32,000 bases of DNA from Acaryochloris marina S15 (GTDB lineage: Bacteria; Cyanobacteriota; Cyanobacteriia; Thermosynechococcales; Thermosynechococcaceae), in contig NZ_CP064923.1 in the NCBI RefSeq assembly GCF_018336915.1, positions 1,890,001-1,922,000 of the forward strand, in the 5' to 3' direction. Both the position numbers and the translations under genes were made by a program. Each line of letters begins with the position of its first letter. The first letter of the stretch is position 1. Of the stretch, positions 16,594 to 25,741 are shown piece by piece. The notes beneath the pieces were generated by a model. The model made no database searches, had not been told where the DNA came from, and saw only the letters and a program-made list of their open reading frames with translations.

Positions 16594-19416
16594 TTATTTG
16601 AACCCTCTGATGGCCAAAAAACCTGATAGGGCTGAAGTCATCCCAGAGGTTAAGGCAATGGCAAATAGCCACCAAGCTGCGATGGCAGCTGACTGACGCA
16701 CTTTATCGGCCTGACGTTGTGTTTCTCGCTTGAGTTCTGTGGCTTGTTGTTGCAGATCGGTTTGCAGTTGATCGACCTGCTCTAATAATTGATTCTGGAG
16801 GGCATCGGCTTGCTGAGAAAGCTGATGTTTGACCGTATCTTCTAGATCGTCACGGGTGTGGATGAGTTTGTGGTAGGTGGTTTGGGTGGTATGGGTGATG
16901 CGATCGCGAATCTGCTGCCAAGATGATTCTTCTAACAGTGCCACTGGCGCTTTTTGAACCCAAGATTGGAGACTCTCCCCTAATGGCCCTATCTCTACAT
17001 TGGGCAAGGATTGACTCAGTTTTTCTTGCAGCTTTTCTGGGTCAGGAGTTGAATCAGAAATCGAGTTCAATATCTCTTGGACTTTAGTCGCAACAGTATT
17101 CAGGGAAGATTGCGCTTGCTCCTGTAGAGGGTGAACTTCGTCGTCAACTGTCTTCCAGGTTGATGTTACTTGCCCCGCAATTTTCTTAATCTCGGCAACC
17201 GTCAAATCCTTTCGGTCTTCAAGAATGGCAACGATATCGGACTGTTTAGGGAGGTGGGGAAGCTGGGGCAATGTCCCGGAGGATTGTTCTTTCCTGTTAG
17301 AATCTGCAACCCCATCTTTAATCCCATCCAGAAGAGTCCGTAAGTTTTGTTCTAGGGATTCGATCTCCGTTAAAGCAGATCGATCTTGATATTTGAGATA
17401 TCGCTGCAGTTGGGTTTGCCAATCTTGGGCGGTATGTTGGGTGCGCCTAGCCCACCGACGGGGAACCTTCGCGAGTTGCTGCCACTCTTCCTGTAATCCA
17501 GTCAGGATCGAGTCAAGCTGCTGGGGATCGAGGGAATACTCCTGGCGCAGGTCTTGGGCTAAAGCCATCCAATCCAGTTGACCTAGATATTGATTGAGGG
17601 TCGTTAAACCCGATGCAGGCCGATCCATAAGTTCCACTAGATGAGGCTTTAGGTCTTCTAACGTCATAGATTCTGCCTCCGCTTTTTGCAATCGTTCTGC
17701 AATGATTGCCCCGATCTGCTTCTGTAATGAAGGCGTCAGAGAGGGAGATACCTCGGGGTCTGGCAGGAGCCGCTGCCAGGTCTCAGTCATTGCTGCCAAT
17801 AGTGCCTTTCTCTGGTTTGGCTTTAAGCCTTTACGTCGTTTTAGGATTGCCTGTAAGGGTTTGATGTCTAGTTCTGGCCTTTGCTGAGCTAGAACTGTAG
17901 CGGGAATCTGTATCTCTTCGATGAGGTCTGGCAACTTCTGTGCAATGCCTACTGGGCTCAGTTTGCTGATAGACGTATAACGGCAATAGGATTCCAGTTT
18001 TTGTTGAAGTTGATGCAACGTATCTGGACAGGCGTCATTCAGTTCTTGAGAGGGTTGCACCTGATCCAAAACACTTTGTCGGACTCGATCTAAAGCATCA
18101 GCAATTTCAGATTGTTGATCAGAGGATAGATCTTTTCGTTCCTGGAGAAACAACCGCATTTGATTAGGGTTGAGGAGCGTCAATTGCTGGTGAATCAGCA
18201 CTGGGTCAGCTTCAGGATCATAAATCACTTGTTTAAAGTCAACGTCAATCACCTCTGGTTTCAAATTCCAAACCGGAGTATGTAAGAGATAGTCTTCAAC
18301 ATCAAGCTGAATGATGTTCACGGGCTGCTCAGGCTGCGTAGACCCTGTCATCTTTTCCTGGGTAGATTGCAATAACTGCCAAATTCGCTGAACATCCCAA
18401 TCAGACAAATCGACCCGTCGGAGGGCTGTACGGAACAGTCCTTTGACGTCTACATTTTTCAGCCCACTCCAAGGCTGAGAAGAATCAGACGTTTCGATTT
18501 GGACGAGCTTGGTCTCTAGTGACTCTGGTTTTAGGTCGGATGGATCAGCAGTTGCCAGGAAGTGTTTCAAGTCAGCCAATGCATCGGGTTGCAGGGTGCG
18601 ATCGTTTAGATCCTGTTCTAGCGCTTGCATCTGGTGGCGCAGTTGCTTTAGATCAGTCTCGGGCAGCTCAATGTGCGCCTGCAGCGACTGGATGATCTGA
18701 TCGAGATCGATGCCATTGTTACGCTCAGACTGAGCGATAACCTCTTCTATCATCTGCGAGAGATGTGCTTGTTGTGAGGGGCTTTTGGGGTTTAGCTCTG
18801 CTAGGGCATTCTCCAAGATCAGGGTCACATCCATCTCTTCAATGGTTTGGAATAAGGCTTGCCTAGCCGTTTCGATTGAGGCTGAATCTGGCTGGCTGGA
18901 GCCGGATGTTTCAGGGGTGAATAGCTGACTCACCGCCCCAAACAACCGCCGCAATCCCGTCCGGGTATACCCCAATACGGCATCAGCGATGGTGCCTACT
19001 GCCGATGTACTCAGCCAAGTCAGCAAAATCAGGTAAACAGACCAAATTAATCCCCCTAACACGCTACCTAACCAGGGGTCAGTAATCTGACTGAGCTTGA
19101 CAGCCAGAAAACAGGCGGCAAACAATACCCCATCGATGGAGAGCATAATCCCTAAGCCTGCGGCTATACCGATAATGGCGATCACCTCAAAGCTAGATTC
19201 TCCAGTTCCTTCAGAAGACTTATCTGAGGGTTGGGAATTAGGGCGGAGGTTAAAGACAGATAATCCAATGGCAATGCCCAAGTTGGCCAGTAATAACTGG
19301 AAGGCCAGACCAAATAGAAGTCCTGCCAAGATCACAATGATGATCCGTCCACTGGAAAGTACAGTAACTGTTTCTATGGGTGAGATAGGCGAGACTATAT
19401 TTAATCTATTCATCAT
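16594..19416 (-). CDS. 940-aa membrane-anchored protein: N-terminal multi-TM block, about 740-aa Q/L/E/D-rich helical region, C-terminal TM helix; function unknown
   Basis: This is a long clean ORF starting ATGATG at 19416. Hydrophobic helices fall within about aa 25-150. The C-terminal helix is AAIAAWWLFAIALTSGMTSALSGFLAI. There are internal repeat-like modules (FLQERKDLSSDQQSEIADALDRV / ILEDRKDLTVAEIKKIAGQVTSTW / ILKRRKGLKPNQRKALLAAMTETW). Confidence 0.85.
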   Translation of the reverse strand: MMNRLNIVSPISPIETVTVLSSGRIIIVILAGLLFGLAFQLLLANLGIAIGLSVFNLRPNSQPSDKSSEGTGESSFEVIAIIGIAAGLGIMLSIDGVLFAACFLAVKLSQITDPWLGSVLGGLIWSVYLILLTWLSTSAVGTIADAVLGYTRTGLRRLFGAVSQLFTPETSGSSQPDSASIETARQALFQTIEEMDVTLILENALAELNPKSPSQQAHLSQMIEEVIAQSERNNGIDLDQIIQSLQAHIELPETDLKQLRHQMQALEQDLNDRTLQPDALADLKHFLATADPSDLKPESLETKLVQIETSDSSQPWSGLKNVDVKGLFRTALRRVDLSDWDVQRIWQLLQSTQEKMTGSTQPEQPVNIIQLDVEDYLLHTPVWNLKPEVIDVDFKQVIYDPEADPVLIHQQLTLLNPNQMRLFLQERKDLSSDQQSEIADALDRVRQSVLDQVQPSQELNDACPDTLHQLQQKLESYCRYTSISKLSPVGIAQKLPDLIEEIQIPATVLAQQRPELDIKPLQAILKRRKGLKPNQRKALLAAMTETWQRLLPDPEVSPSLTPSLQKQIGAIIAERLQKAEAESMTLEDLKPHLVELMDRPASGLTTLNQYLGQLDWMALAQDLRQEYSLDPQQLDSILTGLQEEWQQLAKVPRRWARRTQHTAQDWQTQLQRYLKYQDRSALTEIESLEQNLRTLLDGIKDGVADSNRKEQSSGTLPQLPHLPKQSDIVAILEDRKDLTVAEIKKIAGQVTSTWKTVDDEVHPLQEQAQSSLNTVATKVQEILNSISDSTPDPEKLQEKLSQSLPNVEIGPLGESLQSWVQKAPVALLEESSWQQIRDRITHTTQTTYHKLIHTRDDLEDTVKHQLSQQADALQNQLLEQVDQLQTDLQQQATELKRETQRQADKVRQSAAIAAWWLFAIALTSGMTSALSGFLAIRGFK

Positions 19417-19479
19417 GTCTGTCTCTAAGGTTCTTTAGTTACGCAGGCGATGCCAGGGGATTGTGTAAACGAGGGTTAA

Positions 19480-20613
19480 TCATCCGATGCCGTCTGAGGG
19501 ACATGCCGAGACTGAACTTGCAAAAGTTGCTTGGGTAAGCGTGTTGGATAGTTCTTCAAAGATTTCTATGGGGACCACCCGTACTTTCAATTGAATGGGT
19601 TGGCCCAACTGCTCGGTCAATAAGTTCCTCACCAGTGTGACTTGGTATTGGGAGATAGAATTCGCTTTGGCCGCCACCTCTAATTCCACATAGACGCCAT
19701 TGAGCTGAGGTTGCACATCCACTTTTCTAATCTCTGTATCTGCAAAGGTTAGGGTTTGGCGGCTAAGAATGAGAACAATTTGCCGATGTACCCGCTCCTC
19801 AATCAGAATGTTGCGCAGTGACCAGCCCAACGGGATACCCAGTATAAATAGGGTCAGAAAACCTGCCACTAACCCCTTTTTTGCCCGTTCAATGGAACCG
19901 TACTGTTGCCATAGAAAGATTAAAGCCCCACTAAAAATAATGCCCGTCAAATTGGTGGCAAAGAGAACGCTGGCTCCCAAGGCCACTCGGGGATTCCACC
20001 AAGCAATCCCAATGCCGATGACGCTGAGAGGTGGGACCAGCGCCACGGAAATGGCAACCCCAGACAGGGCATTTTCGACTTGACGGCGAGATATGGCAAA
20101 CGCGCCGGCGGCTCCGGCAGCGATCGCTACCCCTAGATCGATCAGTGTGGGTCTCACCCGAGCTAGGATCTCTGCATTAGATTGGGTGAGGCCAAACAAT
20201 AATGTGATCAAGACTGCGGCTAGAATTGACAGCAAAATCCCCTTGAAGGTTGTGAGAGCAGATCGCTTTAATAAACGACGATTCCCGACGACAATGGCAT
20301 AGGCAATGCCAAGGATAGATCCCATCAACGGGGCAATGATCATGGCTCCGATGATCACGGCGGCACTACCTGACAGTAGTCCAAGGGTGGCAATCACACT
20401 CGACAATCCCAACATGGCATAGAAGCTGAGGGAAGGTACGGAGGTTTTCCACAAACTCCGATTGACGGCTGCTATGGGTCTGGGTTTCTCGGCAGCCCAA
20501 CTCCAATCACCGCTATTTTGATTCCAAAATTCAAAGACTTCTTTTTTTGCTAAGACTAGTCCTCTACGACTTTTATAGAAATAGGTGCGTAGCTTTGATG
20601 GGAATTTAGTCAT
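19480..20613 (-). CDS. DUF389 domain-containing membrane protein
   Basis: It has the DUF389-type multi-TM core (GAMIIAPLMGSILGIAYAIVVGN ... GVAISVALVPPLSVIGIGIA) plus a C-terminal soluble tail. It lies 63 nt upstream of the 940-aa gene on the same strand. Confidence 0.8.
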   Translation of the reverse strand: MTKFPSKLRTYFYKSRRGLVLAKKEVFEFWNQNSGDWSWAAEKPRPIAAVNRSLWKTSVPSLSFYAMLGLSSVIATLGLLSGSAAVIIGAMIIAPLMGSILGIAYAIVVGNRRLLKRSALTTFKGILLSILAAVLITLLFGLTQSNAEILARVRPTLIDLGVAIAAGAAGAFAISRRQVENALSGVAISVALVPPLSVIGIGIAWWNPRVALGASVLFATNLTGIIFSGALIFLWQQYGSIERAKKGLVAGFLTLFILGIPLGWSLRNILIEERVHRQIVLILSRQTLTFADTEIRKVDVQPQLNGVYVELEVAAKANSISQYQVTLVRNLLTEQLGQPIQLKVRVVPIEIFEELSNTLTQATFASSVSACPSDGIG

Positions 20614-20674
20614 GGATCAAAGATCCTTAAGGGGGCTTAACCTTGAGCATATCTCTACTCGATCGACCGTGATG

Positions 20675-21694
20675 CTATCGATGAGTCTTTCGATTAAATA
20701 GTTTTTTAAAGAACGTCTTTCCCCATAGAGACAAATTGCGGATGGGTCCATGTTTAGAAGGTGATTGAGACTTCTGCCGTTTGGCCTGGGAGCGGCTTGA
20801 CTCTACCCAATCGGTTGGGGCTTGCAGGGCTGTGGCATAGCGTGCTGGACGAATCTGAGAGCCAAATCGGTTGGTGTACACTTGGGTCAGCTCGGCACCA
20901 AAAAAGAATATTTGCGCGGAGTAATTAACCCATAACAGGGTGACAGCCAAAGACCCTGCGGCTCCGTAGGTCGAACTGAGGCTATTTTTACTCAGATAAA
21001 GGCTGATTAAGAATTTGCCTAAAGCAAACAATAAAGAGGTCAGGGATGCCCCAATCCAAACGTCGCTCCATTGAATATTGACATCTGGCAAGATTTTATA
21101 GATTAAGGCCACGATCAAGGTAATGATGCTAAATGAAAAAACAGCATCTAACGCCCGCCCGATATAAACCCAATGACTGATATAAGTACTAGCGCTATTG
21201 CCAACAGCAGTCAGCCCCGTGCTTATCCCCAGGGTCAGAATCAAGATCAACCCTACCCCGAGAACCATCACAAATGCCAAGATGCGATCGCGAATAAATC
21301 CCTGCCAACCTCGATCCGGTTTGGGCTGAATTCGCCAAATGGTATTCAAGGCATCCTTGAGGTTGGTAAATAATCCCGTTGACCCCACAAATAGTAATGC
21401 CAGGCTACTCAGAGTGGCCCTAATTCCTGATCCTTGCATTTGGGTTCCCCGAATCATCACGCGAATGACGGCAGCCCCATCAGGTCCTAGCCAGTTGTTG
21501 AACTGTTCCATCACTTCTCCTTGGACCATGCGTTGGCCAAAGGCTAAACTTGCGATCGCAATCACGATCACTAAAACAGGGGCCAGTGAAAATGCCGTGT
21601 AGTAAGCCAAGGCTGCGGCTAATCTGGAGGCTTTATCCCGTTGCCACTCTAGCCCGGTCATCTTGAGTAGCCAAAATATGCTATCGACGGACAT
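20675..21694 (-). CDS. YihY/BrkB (virulence factor BrkB / 'ribonuclease BN-like') family membrane protein
   Basis: The N-terminal signature is RLAAALAYYTAFSLAPVLVIVIAIASLAFGQ, followed by six or more TM helices and ...YSAQIFFFGAELTQVY. The length is typical for the family. Confidence 0.88.
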   Translation of the reverse strand: MSVDSIFWLLKMTGLEWQRDKASRLAAALAYYTAFSLAPVLVIVIAIASLAFGQRMVQGEVMEQFNNWLGPDGAAVIRVMIRGTQMQGSGIRATLSSLALLFVGSTGLFTNLKDALNTIWRIQPKPDRGWQGFIRDRILAFVMVLGVGLILILTLGISTGLTAVGNSASTYISHWVYIGRALDAVFSFSIITLIVALIYKILPDVNIQWSDVWIGASLTSLLFALGKFLISLYLSKNSLSSTYGAAGSLAVTLLWVNYSAQIFFFGAELTQVYTNRFGSQIRPARYATALQAPTDWVESSRSQAKRQKSQSPSKHGPIRNLSLWGKTFFKKLFNRKTHR

Positions 21695-21793
21695 GCTTGA
21701 TTCCCTGATGTATAGAAGTTGGTACTGAGGATTACTACCTGTTTTTACCTAGGCCATAGGCCGAACCTGACAGTTCTAACAAGACTGAATCAA

Positions 21794-22792
21794 TTAGATC
21801 CTTTGCAAGAACGCACCCAAAATCGAAGAATGTTGCCAAGTCACCATACTCATAATCCCTAAAACGAACACCATACCAATCCCGATCACCCATTGGGTAT
21901 AATGCTGCGCCTGCCATCGCTGGGACTGGGGTTGAATATTTTGGGCCATCAAAGTTGTGGTTGCTGCCAGATTCAAGCCGATTACATTGGTCACCACTAA
22001 TAGGAGTGCGCCTGGGGCTAAGGTCCATTCACCGGACCCTAAGAGTAACCCCAAGACAACTAGCGGCGGTAGTAAAGCGACAGCCACCATCACCCCAACG
22101 ATGGCGTTTTGATTATCCGTTGTCAACGACAGGGCACTGGCGATACCGGCTGCGATCGCTAACCCCACATCCAAAGGACCAACACTCACCCGTGCCATGA
22201 TCTCTGGCAGATCGGTTGAGATGGGAAACACGATTCCCAGCAGTATCGATAGACCTAAAGCGAGACCGATGCTGATGCTGCCAATCTTGATCGACCGTTT
22301 GGCCAAGACAGAGTCCCCTAACACTGCGGCCACTGCCACCCCTAAGATCGGTTGGAGCAAAGGAGCTAAAACCATCGCCCCAATAATAATGGCTTCACTA
22401 CTTTTTAAAAGTCCAATGGCTGCAATCAGCGTTGACAAGGTCACCATACCCAACTGAGTCCAAGATAATTGGAGCGGTTGGGCAACATTGGCATAGATTT
22501 CCTCTCGACTGAGTCGTGCAGTCGCTTGGTTGCAAGGAGCATCTAAGTCTGGCATTGGCCACATTGTTTCGATAGGCAAAATCATTACTCTGGGGTTACC
22601 CAATTCAGGTAGATGCTCCCGTAATTGATTGAGAACCGCTTCCACTTGAGTCGTTGGCAATGTGACTCGGATACTGATTTGTTCAGATCCTGAACTTTGC
22701 CAAACGTCTAGGCAAGGGAACGCTTTTAACAAGGCCAAGACCTGATCCTGTTGCGTGTTCGAGGTATCAATTTCCAGTAATCGCAGGTTCAT
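21794..22792 (-). CDS. DUF389 / TIGR00341-type membrane protein (second paralog, with N-terminal soluble domain)
   Basis: IIIGAMVLAPLLQPILGVAVAAVLGD ... GVMVAVALLPPLVVLGLLLG parallels the motifs in the 19480..20613 product. Confidence 0.8.
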   Translation of the reverse strand: MNLRLLEIDTSNTQQDQVLALLKAFPCLDVWQSSGSEQISIRVTLPTTQVEAVLNQLREHLPELGNPRVMILPIETMWPMPDLDAPCNQATARLSREEIYANVAQPLQLSWTQLGMVTLSTLIAAIGLLKSSEAIIIGAMVLAPLLQPILGVAVAAVLGDSVLAKRSIKIGSISIGLALGLSILLGIVFPISTDLPEIMARVSVGPLDVGLAIAAGIASALSLTTDNQNAIVGVMVAVALLPPLVVLGLLLGSGEWTLAPGALLLVVTNVIGLNLAATTTLMAQNIQPQSQRWQAQHYTQWVIGIGMVFVLGIMSMVTWQHSSILGAFLQRI

Positions 22793-22886
22793 AAAAAAGC
22801 ACTTAAATTAATTTAGAAAAGTGTTGAGGACTCAAAAAGCTGCTCTATGTTGATGGGGTTTAGACCCCATAAGCAGATCGCCCCGA

Positions 22887-22920
22887 TATAAAAATTCTAG
22901 GTAGCATCGTGCTACCTAGA
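22887..22920 (-). terminator. Rho-independent terminator of the first csbD-like gene
   Basis: On the minus strand, TCTAGGTAGCA-cga-TGCTACCTAGA forms a perfect 11-bp stem (22896-22920). It is followed by ATTTTTAT and lies about 50 nt after the stop. Confidence 0.7.
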
Positions 22921-22968
22921 ATTGAGAGACACAGACATAAAACTGTCATCCAAAATCAGCCACATCTG

Positions 22969-23151
22969 CTAGTCGATGGCTTGCTTAATGTCATCTTTGA
23001 TATTTTCAACGGTATGTTGAACCGCAGCTTCAGACTGCTTGGCTCGTCCTTCCTCACGGTCTTGAGGATTGCCGGTGAGGTCACCCATGACTTCTTGGCC
23101 TTTACCTTCTAGATTCTTAACCGTGGCGTTTACTCTATCTTCAATACTCAT
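22969..23151 (-). CDS. CsbD family stress-response protein (60 aa)
   Basis: MSIEDRVNATVKNLEGKGQEVMGDLTGNPQDREEGRAKQSEAAVQHTVENIKDDIKQAID shows the CsbD pattern. AAGGAG SD is present. Confidence 0.9.
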   Translation of the reverse strand: MSIEDRVNATVKNLEGKGQEVMGDLTGNPQDREEGRAKQSEAAVQHTVENIKDDIKQAID

Positions 23152-23435
23152 TATGGAACTCCTTTATTGTCAGTGGTTTTGGCGATGTCATTAATCTATC
23201 AGTCGGTCCACTGGCTGGGACTCTACCCCAAGATGGGTTGATGAGTATTCCTAAAGGTAGATATCGATCCTGAGAGACTCTCACCCCTACTGGCTCCCTC
23301 TCCTCAACCCAAACTGATCGAAGATGCTACGGTTGTCTCTACAATTAAACTGGACATCATCTAGCAGCTTGAATTAATCCGTATCAGTGACTAGTAGCGT
23401 TCTAAGTCTCAACTTGCTTTGGAGATAAATCGGTA

Positions 23436-23810
23436 ATGGCATCAGACACACCCACGCGAGGACAACTAGAGCGCTCTCTTGCCCAAAAAGTCCAGGCGTT
23501 ATATCGCCATGAGTTAGGTCAGAAACCTAGCAAAGTCAGCTGCCAGCTTTGTGGGGAGAAATTTATCATTATTCTGGAAGATTCCTTGACCCAGCCTGAG
23601 CAAATCTTGGCCCAAGGTGGACAAGAGGATTTAGCTGAGAAGGTGCGGACTAATCTGGATGATTTCATGAAGCCACAACTGAAAAGTTTGGTAGAAGACG
23701 TTGCAGGGGTTAATGTCACAGACTTGCTCAGCGATGTGACCCTAGAGTCAGGACTAACAGGTATTATTGCGGTGCTAGAGGAAATGCCCACTCTCCGCAG
23801 TTCAAATTAA
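23436..23810 (+). CDS. DUF2294 domain-containing protein
   Basis: TRGQLERSLAQKVQALYRHELGQKPSKVSCQLCGEKFIIILEDSLTQPEQ... matches the DUF2294 pattern as I remember it. GGAGA lies upstream. Confidence 0.7.
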   Translation: MASDTPTRGQLERSLAQKVQALYRHELGQKPSKVSCQLCGEKFIIILEDSLTQPEQILAQGGQEDLAEKVRTNLDDFMKPQLKSLVEDVAGVNVTDLLSDVTLESGLTGIIAVLEEMPTLRSSN

Positions 23811-23868
23811 GATGGGCGGAGGTTAACCCTGATCTTCTTCCCACATACATTTTTCCCTCTGGTCAGAA

Positions 23869-24354
23869 TTAAGCTCTAATCGCTACATTGAATGGCTCAA
23901 TCAGTTGGGGCATGGTCTGAAACCCCAAGTGTCGGCAAATCAAGGATTGTAGATCATCAATAAGATAGGGTTTACAGAGATAGTCACAACATCCAGATTG
24001 CAACAGTTGATGTTTCTCTTCTGAACTCGCCAGACCCGTGACTGCAACAATGGAGACGGATTGAGCTTCAGGAAGCTGCCGCAGGTGCTGGAGAACTTCA
24101 AAGCCATTCATGTGAGGCATAACAATATCAAGAAGCACCAGATCTGGCCAAGTTTCTTGAATGATAGCCAGACCAGCCCGTCCCTCTTGGGCTAGCAACA
24201 CATTGCACCCCAAGCTTGTGACCAGATGATATAGCAGTAATAGATTATCCTGATCGTCTTCAACAACCAAAATTAAGGGGCGTCGCTTCCTAGAGAAACT
24301 GCTGCCAGTACTAGAGGCAATATCTTGATCAGGGATAGAAGAAAGAAAATCCAT
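23869..24354 (-). CDS. Single-domain response regulator (CheY-like receiver)
   Basis: It has the acidic pocket VVEDDQDN, the phospho-acceptor context LVLLDIVMP, and conserved T (VAVTG) and K (CKPY). There is no output domain. I favour ATG 24354; the track extension to 24435 has no support. Confidence 0.88.
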   Translation of the reverse strand: MDFLSSIPDQDIASSTGSSFSRKRRPLILVVEDDQDNLLLLYHLVTSLGCNVLLAQEGRAGLAIIQETWPDLVLLDIVMPHMNGFEVLQHLRQLPEAQSVSIVAVTGLASSEEKHQLLQSGCCDYLCKPYLIDDLQSLICRHLGFQTMPQLIEPFNVAIRA

Positions 24355-24934
24355 ATGCTCCACCGGGACAAGTACCGAGAATGACTGTCTCCTCAAATAG
24401 GAGAACGAAGCATTCCATGAGTGGCAGAAAGGCACTTAGGGTGGATTGGTCCGTTTTAGGCTTTACTGGGCGAAGGCTCTTTGCTCAAAAATATTCTGAC
24501 TGTAATGAGGAAAGAGAGAATCAAGCTAGCAAAGCCAAAGCCTGATTATCTGAATTATAAATTAATTATAAAATACTTGGTGAATATCTTTGTAGTATTT
24601 GCCACACTCCAACAAAAAAATAGAAGCTAAAACATTTGGAAGCCTTTATCTTCTGTGGTCTCGGTTGATACTTGGGCAATGAGGGAAAGGTTATTAGCTA
24701 TTGCTAGATTTCTCCACTTGCCATAACGATTCTTCTCCAGAAAACGATGCGATCTTCTTCTTGAATTAGAGAGCCTAGGCAATCTCTACATCCTTCTGAG
24801 GATATAGTGGATGGAGAAATCACGGAGAATGTTCTCTCCCACAGAGATATCTCAATCCACATATTCAACAGTCGCTTTTCTACTGAGATGAATTTTGTTC
24901 CTTTCCCCTTGATTGACAAACCAATCCATCCTTC

Positions 24935-25732
24935 ATGAAAGGTAAACCCGCTCGCTGGATTGAAAGGTGGATTCGCTTTGGCTTTCTGATGAAAGGGTTT
25001 GTCTATATTTTGTTAGGCATTCTGGCAGTTCAAGCTGCCTTAACCTATCGTCAACAAGCCCAGGATACCCAGGGAGTCCTACGTGCGATCGCACATCAAC
25101 CTTTAGGCAACCTTTTACTGATCATTGTTGCCGTTGGGCTAGCTGGATACTCTTTTGGGCGTTTGATCCAAGCCGTACTTTACCCAGAGTCTGACGGCAA
25201 GAGCCTCAAGCACTGGTTCAAGCGGGCGGGCTGTGGCATGAGTAGTCTGGCCTATGGTGCGTTGGCCTATACCGCCGTAGAGATTATTCAAGGGGTGAAG
25301 GAGGAGTCAGAACAGACCCAATTCTGGACCGCAAAAGTCTTATCCTGGCCCTTTGGTCAATGGCTGGTGGGGGGTGTCGGCATCGGTGTCCTGGGCATCG
25401 GTATCACCTTTTTCTATCGAACCTTGAAGGCTGATTTCCGCCAGCGACTCAAGCTGGGCACCATGAATACCCATCAGCGTACCGTTGTTGTAGCGATTGG
25501 TCGGGCAGGATACTTAGCAAGAGGGATCATCTTTGCCATTATTGGCGGGTATGTCATGCAAGCGGCCCATGCCTTTGATGCAGACAAAGTCAGATCATCA
25601 GAGGAGGCTTTGGTAACCATTAAACAACAACCCTACGGACCAGGGCTGTTGTCACTGGTGGCCGTAGGGTTGATAGCTTACGGGGTCCATATGGGACTCC
25701 AAGCCCGGTATCGTCAGATTGAACTACCTTGA
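24935..25732 (+). CDS. DUF1206 domain-containing membrane protein
   Basis: It contains three repeats of a two-TM unit with the pattern GFVYILLGILAVQAA / GYLARGIIFAIIGGYVMQAA ... LVAVGLIAYGV, which is typical of DUF1206. Confidence 0.78.
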   Translation: MKGKPARWIERWIRFGFLMKGFVYILLGILAVQAALTYRQQAQDTQGVLRAIAHQPLGNLLLIIVAVGLAGYSFGRLIQAVLYPESDGKSLKHWFKRAGCGMSSLAYGALAYTAVEIIQGVKEESEQTQFWTAKVLSWPFGQWLVGGVGIGVLGIGITFFYRTLKADFRQRLKLGTMNTHQRTVVVAIGRAGYLARGIIFAIIGGYVMQAAHAFDADKVRSSEEALVTIKQQPYGPGLLSLVAVGLIAYGVHMGLQARYRQIELP

Positions 25733-25741
25733 CCTCAATCA

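Noticed and set aside
17393-19438. Several 60-113-aa plus-strand ORFs antisense to the 940-aa gene
   Set aside because: They are shadow ORFs within a long, clean minus-strand reading frame.
19769-22457. Plus-strand ORFs antisense to the DUF389 and BrkB genes, and 21735..22028 on the minus strand
   Set aside because: They overlap well-supported membrane-protein genes. They are Arg/Pro-rich translations typical of the antisense of hydrophobic coding sequence.
22909-23112. 67-aa ORF antisense to the first csbD gene (and 27435..27713 antisense to the second)
   Set aside because: The CsbD frames carry clear family signatures, SD sequences and terminators. The antisense ORFs have none.
24505-24919. 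42-aa plus-strand ORF and 71-aa minus-strand ORF in the long spacer between the response regulator and the DUF1206 gene
   Set aside because: They have no SD, no conservation cues and implausible sequences. The region is better treated as regulatory.
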